The notes under the pieces were generated by a model, which worked only from the letters and a program-made list of their open reading frames with translations, made no database searches and had not been told where the DNA came from. This document shows positions 16,257 to 22,004 of a stretch of DNA of 22,004 bases, one piece after another. Position 1 is the stretch's first letter; the number at the start of each line of letters is the position of its first letter. The stretch is from Candidatus Latescibacterota bacterium (GTDB lineage: Bacteria > Latescibacterota > UBA2968 > UBA8231). The DNA is taken from NCBI GenBank assembly GCA_965242865.1, contig CBDETK010000009.1, positions 1 through 22,004 of the forward strand, in the 5' to 3' direction. Both the position numbers and the translations under genes were made by a program.

Positions 16257-17858
16257 TCACGCCAACACCACCCGCGCCCGCGGCAATCCAATCGTCCCCA
16301 GCAATAGCTCGCCCAGCCCCGCGGCAATCACCCCAGCCTGCAGTACGTCGATGCGCCCCCGCGAGCGGGAGCGTTCCAGCGCGGGGTTGCCCGCCGGATC
16401 CCGGCGAATCGAGGATTCGCGTACCGCACTTTCGAATAGCAGGCTTTCTGCCATCGACCAGTCGGCGCGCAACACGTAGCGCTGGAACGCTCGGACATCG
16501 TGGCTGCCGTCGGCCCCGGCGGACGCGCCCTGCCCGCGGTAGACCATCGGCCAACTGATGGCCGCCTGCTGCAGGGCTTGGGCGGCTTCGGCCGCCCGAT
16601 AGCGGTCGCATCCGGCAGCCGACACTTCCTGATTTTTTAGCTGGTCCGCGCAGTCAAGCAGAAATTCTCCGACCGGCGTCACTCGACCCGGGTACACCTT
16701 CAGCTCGCCGCGATCGGCCATGCGCTGGTACAGGCCGCCCACCCCATCGCGGGCACCGCGGTCGATTAAATTCGGCGTCGAGGGGAACGCGCCCCATGCT
16801 TCGGCCCGTCCCGTAGCTGGCCAAAAAGCGACCAGCGCGGTCATACTCGATGCGCCCCCCAGGTCGAAGCCAATCACGCACGGCCCCCTTCGCGGCGCAG
16901 GCTCTTTGTGCACGCACGCCATCCAATCGGTTAAGCTGCACAAACTTTCACGCGATGGATCCTGGGGCTGGTTGAGGTCGTAGGCGCGGAACGAGGGCTG
17001 ATCGGCGGGGCTGTCGAGCGCCCGTTGCGCCATGTCGCGCATATACTCCATGGACTTAATGCCGCGGCGTAAACCCGGATTAGCCGCATGCCAGGTCTGG
17101 GGCTGGTCGATGGCCGCGGTCAACGGCGCGGCATATTCATGCCAGCAGACTCCGCGCTGAGCGCGGTCGCGCATCTCCTTGAACATCGGCCCCATCCCCT
17201 GAATGCTGATGCAGAGCAAGCGCCCGTTGCGACCGCTGGTCGAGGACAGCACCGCGTTCCATAGCTCGCGGTGTGTCTCTTCGAGCAAGCCGGCCTCATC
17301 GATAATCGCTAAGTCGCTGCCGATGGCGTGCCCGGTCGCGCGGTCGCTGGCGAGGAATTTGACCGCGGCCCCGCGGTCGCCTTCGACGCGACCCGGTTGG
17401 GGCGTTTGCCGGTCGATTATTTCGAAGCCGCTCGCTTCGGCCGTTAATGAGATGGCCAGCCGCAGCTCTTTGGCCAGCTCGCCAGTCAGGCTGATGACGA
17501 CCCCGCGCCAATCGGGCCGATTGAGCGGCCCCACCAAGTGGCCCAGCACGTAGGCGGCTATTAGGCCAGACTTCCCATTCTTCCGCGCCACCGACAGCCC
17601 GCTTTCGCGCGCAGTGTGCGCTTCGCGGAGGAAGTGCTGCTGCCAATCGTCAATCAGGAAGGGTTCGCCCTGCAACGGCCCCGAGGGCACTTTCAGCTTG
17701 GCTTCGGCCCACGCAAAAAAGCCGTCGAGGTCCGGTTCATACTCGGCTGCCGAACGCAGACATACGGACGCAGCGGCCTTTTTCTCCTTCTGCTTGCGCC
17801 GCCACTCACGCATATACGCCGCGTGATTGGCCCTTCTTTTTTTGGTCTCGTCCTTCAC
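16257..17858 (-). CDS. terL: Terminase large subunit (copy B)
   Basis: Translation identical to 5847-7448. Confidence 0.95.
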   Translation of the reverse strand: MKDETKKRRANHAAYMREWRRKQKEKKAAASVCLRSAAEYEPDLDGFFAWAEAKLKVPSGPLQGEPFLIDDWQQHFLREAHTARESGLSVARKNGKSGLIAAYVLGHLVGPLNRPDWRGVVISLTGELAKELRLAISLTAEASGFEIIDRQTPQPGRVEGDRGAAVKFLASDRATGHAIGSDLAIIDEAGLLEETHRELWNAVLSSTSGRNGRLLCISIQGMGPMFKEMRDRAQRGVCWHEYAAPLTAAIDQPQTWHAANPGLRRGIKSMEYMRDMAQRALDSPADQPSFRAYDLNQPQDPSRESLCSLTDWMACVHKEPAPRRGPCVIGFDLGGASSMTALVAFWPATGRAEAWGAFPSTPNLIDRGARDGVGGLYQRMADRGELKVYPGRVTPVGEFLLDCADQLKNQEVSAAGCDRYRAAEAAQALQQAAISWPMVYRGQGASAGADGSHDVRAFQRYVLRADWSMAESLLFESAVRESSIRRDPAGNPALERSRSRGRIDVLQAGVIAAGLGELLLGTIGLPRARVVLA

Positions 17859-17889
17859 TTTTTCATGCCCACTGTATGGGCATCGCTAG

Positions 17890-18024
17890 TTTTCCACATT
17901 CTTTCCACATCCTTTCCACATCCTTCCTTCATAGGCGGGTCCACAAATCCACAGCCCCTAGTAGTGGTAAGGACAAATCCACAGCCTTGGATCGTAGTAC
18001 TAGGGGCTGTGGATTTGTGGATAA
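17890..18024. promoter_or_regulatory. DnaA-box-like array (copy B, lacking the two leftmost boxes)
   Basis: Same as 7598-7732. TGTGGATAA at 18016-18024. Confidence 0.72.
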
Positions 18025-18086
18025 AAAAAAGTGCTGGACATCCGCAGACACATCATATTTATTTGTCTGTGCAATCAGGAGGCTCT

Positions 18087-18257
18087 ATGAAACTGTGCAG
18101 TCTGCGGCAGCCCAATCGATGGGTATCGCCGTGCCTTAAAACCCTCGCATCAAGACGTGCTCGCCGCCCTGCTCAAAGCGCCACGCCATGAATCTGCGGA
18201 ACTTGGCCGCGCGGAATAAGCGTAAACGCGAGCGCGCACAAAAGAAAGGAGCGATGA
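18087..18257 (+). CDS. Zinc-finger protein (copy B), disrupted by three 1-nt A-run expansions
   Basis: atgaaactg, cttaaaaccc and cacaaaagaaagg each have one more A than in copy A. Confidence 0.6.
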
Positions 18258-18835
18258 TGGTAGAGCATGCCATCCTCGTTTCCGTCCTCAAATCGGAGGG
18301 CGGCTACGTCAACGACCCCAACGACAGCGGCGGCGAGACCTATGCCGGCATTGCCCGGCACTACAATCCCGGCTGGGAAGGCTGGGACGAAGTGGACCGC
18401 TGGACCGGCAATAAGAACTCGCCAGACTTGCAAGACTTGCTGATGCCCATGCTGCTGCGTTTTTGGGATACTTACCTGAAGTCCAACCATATCGAGCACG
18501 TGCCGGGGCCGTTGCGGCTTCAGTACGCGCACATGGCCGCAACCAGCCCCAAGCGCGCCATCGCCGCCCTGCAGCAATTGGTGGTGTGGACGAATCCCCT
18601 GTTGGGGTCGCCGAAGTTCGTCGATGGGCTGTGGGGCAGGAATACCCGGCAGGCCGTAGAGGACTGGTTGTCACCGGACCTCAACGCATCCGACATGCAG
18701 AAGGGCTACTGCATAGCCTGCATAGCCCTGTACTGCGACTCGGTACGGGATCGTCCGAGTAATCAACGCTTCCTGCATGGTTGGGCGCGCCGGACCGTCG
18801 CTGTCTGGCAAGAGGCGATCGGCCATGCAGCTTGA
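18254..18835 (+). CDS. GH108 lysozyme (copy B)
   Basis: Translation identical to 7959-8540. Confidence 0.92.
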   Translation: MMVEHAILVSVLKSEGGYVNDPNDSGGETYAGIARHYNPGWEGWDEVDRWTGNKNSPDLQDLLMPMLLRFWDTYLKSNHIEHVPGPLRLQYAHMAATSPKRAIAALQQLVVWTNPLLGSPKFVDGLWGRNTRQAVEDWLSPDLNASDMQKGYCIACIALYCDSVRDRPSNQRFLHGWARRTVAVWQEAIGHAA

Positions 18836-18995
18836 AACGTGGCTATACATTCCGCTCGACGACGAGGTGCCGCTGAGGATACGACTTCAGCTGCGCACTC
18901 CCATCGGAAAATTCAAAACGGTGATAGGCTTTTGCTCGATTACTATTCACAATCGAGAGTGTAAGCCGCGCTGGAGAGGCATCGCATTAAATTAG
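18825..18995 (+). CDS. Hypothetical protein, 56 aa (copy B)
   Basis: Translation identical to 8530-8700. Confidence 0.4.
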   Translation: MQLETWLYIPLDDEVPLRIRLQLRTPIGKFKTVIGFCSITIHNRECKPRWRGIALN

Positions 18996-19133
18996 TTTAG
19001 CGACTTGGCTAAATCGCCCGTCGCTACCCCTGTCGGCACCGGAATGCTGGATCGATGGCCAGCTAATGGGGACAGAAGAGCGGATAAAAGCCGAATAAAC
19101 GCTCTCGTTTTTCCCCTATGAAGAACGATCCAA

Positions 19134-19161
19134 ACTAACGATAAATCCTATTATCGTTCGT
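19134..19161. other. dif-like site (copy B)
   Basis: Identical to 8839-8866. Confidence 0.55.
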
Positions 19162-19196
19162 TTGTACGGCTTATGAAGTCCAGTCGAGAATTTCGA

Positions 19197-20322
19197 TCAT
19201 GCTTCTTGTTCCATTAGGCCCGAAAGGGCCGCCGCTTTGTCCACCGCCATACCCCCCCCAACCATCGATTGAAACGCCCGCGCACGCCCGCTTAAATCGG
19301 ACGCGAACAGGCGGTCGAAGTTAAGCTGCACGCGCTCGTCCAGCTTGATCGACAGCTCTTCAGCTACGATTTCAGCTACGGGCTGAATCGTCCCATGCAG
19401 GAAGCGTCGCCAGCTCTCGCGCTGGCTGGTTCCGTCCGAACTTTCTTCGAGTAACGCGGGCGGCACGCCCAACGCCGCGGTGATGATGCGGCTGACTTCT
19501 ACGCGGAGCGTCCCTAAGCTGTCGGGGGGATTGGGGCCTATCCGCTGGGGCGTCCAGTCCTGCCGCGGCGCGGAAAAGCGCCCTTCGCCCCAGCCGCTGG
19601 CCGTGGTCTCAACGAGCACCGTTTTGCCGCGGATACTGCCGAGTGCTTTGCGGGTGTCTTCCAGCGGATCGTACATCGTGCCGTCGGGCTTTTGCCGCGG
19701 GGAAGGGTCGCGCGGCAAGGCAATGATATTGCCTACCTGCGCGGCCGCTTCTTCGCCCAGCCGCGTCTCCAGCAGGTTGGCCAAGCGTTGGGTAGCCGAT
19801 GCGCGCTCCAGCGGGGCTTGGCCCTTCCAGGGCTGCTCAGGGCGGCGGCCAATCATAAAATGCAGCACGCCATCCCAGGGCGCGCGGCGCGTGCGGTTGC
19901 CCGAAGGCCCCAGCACGTCGAGCCGATAGCGCCAGCGCTGAGGATGGACGCCCGGGCCGTTGACCTCCCACGACGAAGCAATCCCCGCGGCGAGCATCCC
20001 GTCGTCGAGCACGTCGAGCAGCCAGCAGCTTTCGCCCGTATAGACAAATTCGCGGGCTACCAGCCCCAGCATCGACGGACCGCACACGCCCTGCGCTCGG
20101 CGCCCGCGCACGGTCGCGGAGGCAAAGGCGCGCTCCCACAAGCCCGCGCACGCTTCTTGGGGCGGCCAGCCCCGCGCGGATGGCTTCGTTGCTGGCTTGG
20201 GCCTGCTCCTCGACGGCGCGCTCAATGGCGGAGGAGAAGGAGATGGCGCGCCACTCGGCGAGCGCCAGTTGATGGACGCGCTGGCGGAGGACCGCGGGCC
20301 GAAACCAATCGAGGGCCTTCAC
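19197..20322 (-). CDS. Portal protein (copy B), 1-nt G-run expansion near 20160
   Basis: cttggggcgg vs cttgggcgg in A. Otherwise matches apart from ERASATQ vs ERAAATQ. Confidence 0.82.
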
Positions 20323-20450
20323 TTGTGATGCTTCCGCTCGCGCTTGCGCCGGTGATGCTCGGCGTGAACCAGCTTGCCCAGCATGGCCGTGCAGAAAATG
20401 GTTAGGACATCGAACAGGTCGATGCCCTCTTGGATGAGCCAATCGCCCAT
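20319..20450 (-). CDS. Small membrane protein (copy B)
   Basis: Translation identical to 10023-10154. Confidence 0.55.
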   Translation of the reverse strand: MGDWLIQEGIDLFDVLTIFCTAMLGKLVHAEHHRRKRERKHHK

Positions 20451-20463
20451 AGGGGAAACCTCC

Positions 20464-20913
20464 TCAGAGCAGTTGTAGTGCGATACGCGCCAGCGGATGC
20501 GAGCCAAACGTCAAGCGTATCAGCTTCTTGAGCGTGAAGGTGCGGGCCGCCTTGCGACGGAGGGCGCGGCCGGTCTTGTCGAGCTTTTCTTGGAACACCG
20601 CCCTCGCAATGCGCCCAGACTGGCGGGCAAACGCCAGCCTATAGGCCCTACGGATGGCCTTGACCGCGCGCAGGCGCCAGATGAACTGATAGACCCAGTA
20701 GGGAACGCGGCTGCCGAAGCCGACGCGGATGGCTTTCCTTCCGGCCCAGCGGACGCGATACGCCCGGCGCATGCGCCCGGTGCGGACCGGGATGGCGGCG
20801 CGAAACTGGCGGCCGGTGCGGCCCTTGCGCAGCTCGTTGGCTACGATGTTGCGGATGCGCCAGTTGGCTTGCCGGAAGCGGATGCCCTGCTGCCGGCGGG
20901 GGGTCTGGGTCAT
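20464..20913 (-). CDS. HK97 gp10-like protein
   Basis: Same as 10168-10617 except one E/Q difference (GREF vs GRQF). Confidence 0.6.
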   Translation of the reverse strand: MTQTPRRQQGIRFRQANWRIRNIVANELRKGRTGRQFRAAIPVRTGRMRRAYRVRWAGRKAIRVGFGSRVPYWVYQFIWRLRAVKAIRRAYRLAFARQSGRIARAVFQEKLDKTGRALRRKAARTFTLKKLIRLTFGSHPLARIALQLL

Positions 20914-22004
20914 GCTTACAGCCTCCAGATGGTCAAGGGGGTAGGGTCGCGGTTGGTGCGGTCGGAGGCTATAAGCAGCCGGCGGTCTGAGCTGCGGCGA
21001 GCGAAGTAGAAGATGGTGTCCACGCCCGCGGCTGAGCCGGACCGCAGCTTATAGTCGGCAGCCGCGTAGCCGGCCACGCCAGACGATTGGGTTCCGGCCG
21101 TGCTGTGGATCTCGCCGCCGTAGAACATGCGCACGGGCGCGATTTGGCCGCCGATGTTCATGATCCATAAGCCCGTAGCGAAGTTGGACGGCAGCGTGTA
21201 GCCGGTGTCCGTCCAGCGGTTGGCGACCGTGATGTCCACGTTGCCCGAAAAGGCAGGAGCCAGCCCGGGGGCGCGGTCGGGGATATCGTCCGAGTGTTGA
21301 AAATCGGCCACGACGTTGGCCGAGAAAGAGCCGCTTCCACTGACTGCGCCAGATTGGCCGCGGTACTCCATGTACAGATAGACATTGCCCTGCCGCGGGT
21401 TTTCCGCCGAAGGACCGCTAATAGCGACATGCAAAAAGAGGAGGCCCTGCCGTTGGGCGCCGCTATATATCCCAAACGCCAGAAGCCCCACTCCTGGCCT
21501 ACGAGCCAGGACCAAACCGGGTGTCTGTCGCCGTAAATCTGTCATGGAAATAAGCGTCGACAGCCGTGCCGTGCGCTCAACGGCCTCGCTGCTAAAGGAT
21601 AGGTTGGTCGGCACCGTGGGCTGGTTTAGCTGAACGCTCGCCTCTACTTCAAGGATGCCCTGAGCAAGGGCGGCGTTGCCCCTAAGTACCTGCGTATTGC
21701 TGTACCGAGTGCCCGTCAAATCGACCAGCGTCGGCACCGGCATCACCCCGTTGTGCAACTCTAGCAAGCCCGCCGAGCGTCCGCCCCCTCCGCTCACCGC
21801 GGGCGCGGGTATATCCTGCCAAGCAGCCCCGGTCCACCGCTCGAGGTTGGACGGCGCGCTCGCGTCGTAGCGGACGTCGCCGGCCTTTGGCGGCGTCTCG
21901 GCAGAAAGCTCGACCGGCTCGTCGTACTGGGGCGTGACGACCGCGCCGCCGGGCAGGTTGGCAATCTGCACCTCGAAGTAGTACCACATGGCGTTGGCCG
22001 AGTT
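20714..22004. repeat. Partial third copy, A-type allele (equivalent to 1-1291)
   Basis: Carries the A state at every A/B diagnostic site checked, e.g. aggcaggagccagcccggggg at ~21251 and the RRSSDRR, LAFGIY translations. Confidence 0.93.
20916..22004 (-). CDS. Adaptor/fibre fusion, allele A, 3' part (5' end beyond window)
   Basis: Translation matches the last ~360 aa of 203-2725. Confidence 0.75.
   Translation of the reverse strand, partial: NSANAMWYYFEVQIANLPGGAVVTPQYDEPVELSAETPPKAGDVRYDASAPSNLERWTGAAWQDIPAPAVSGGGGRSAGLLELHNGVMPVPTLVDLTGTRYSNTQVLRGNAALAQGILEVEASVQLNQPTVPTNLSFSSEAVERTARLSTLISMTDLRRQTPGLVLARRPGVGLLAFGIYSGAQRQGLLFLHVAISGPSAENPRQGNVYLYMEYRGQSGAVSGSGSFSANVVADFQHSDDIPDRAPGLAPAFSGNVDITVANRWTDTGYTLPSNFATGLWIMNIGGQIAPVRMFYGGEIHSTAGTQSSGVAGYAAADYKLRSGSAAGVDTIFYFARRSSDRRLLIASDRTNRDPTPLTIWRL

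Larger units (their letters stand above)
10418..20713. repeat. Copy B of the unit (10296 bp), direct tandem repeat with variant fibre allele and 118-bp deletion
   Basis: Same ORF order at offsets 10417 to 10292. Protease, 323-aa protein, HNH, TerL and lysozyme translations are identical to A. Confidence 0.95.

Noticed and set aside
10955-20165. Frameshifts in copy B fibre, capsid, zinc-finger and portal genes as true pseudogenisation or programmed frameshifting
   Set aside because: Almost all are single-base insertions in or beside homopolymer runs (and copy A has one at ~4525), typical of long-read consensus error. Cannot be fully excluded without reads.
1-22004. Classical RcGTA-type gene transfer agent cluster or standard cf-PICI
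   Set aside because: It lacks the GTA tail genes and chromosomal context, and lacks the PICI integrase, AlpA and primase. The gene order matches neither.

Overview
The window is a head-to-tail tandem of one compact, GC-rich ~10.4 kb phage-like unit: copy A 1-10417, copy B 10418-20713, partial copy 20714-22004. At every site I compared, the third copy matches A, giving an A-B-A pattern. No host DNA is visible. Each unit has a minus-strand virion operon in scrambled order: large terminase, HNH nuclease, head-closure-like protein with a long N-extension, HK97-type major capsid, prohead protease, ~840 aa head-tail-adaptor/fibre fusion, HK97 gp10-like protein, small membrane protein, portal. A short plus-strand operon encodes a Cys4 zinc-finger protein, a GH108 lysozyme and a small ORF. 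I recognise no integrase, replication initiator/primase, repressor, small terminase, tail tube or tape measure. The two intergenic regions instead contain a dense DnaA-box-like array (candidate host-DnaA origin) and a 28-bp dif-like ATAA-N6-TTAT site (candidate host-Xer site). A and B are almost identical except for (i) 18 codon changes, all non-synonymous, in the C-terminal third of the adaptor/fibre gene, (ii) a 118-bp deletion upstream of terL in B and (iii) scattered 1-nt indels that look like read errors. Inferred model: a minimal, possibly tailless HK97-fold virus or satellite that outsources replication and recombination to the host and diversifies a receptor-binding domain. All protein calls come from motif recognition by eye, not database searches.
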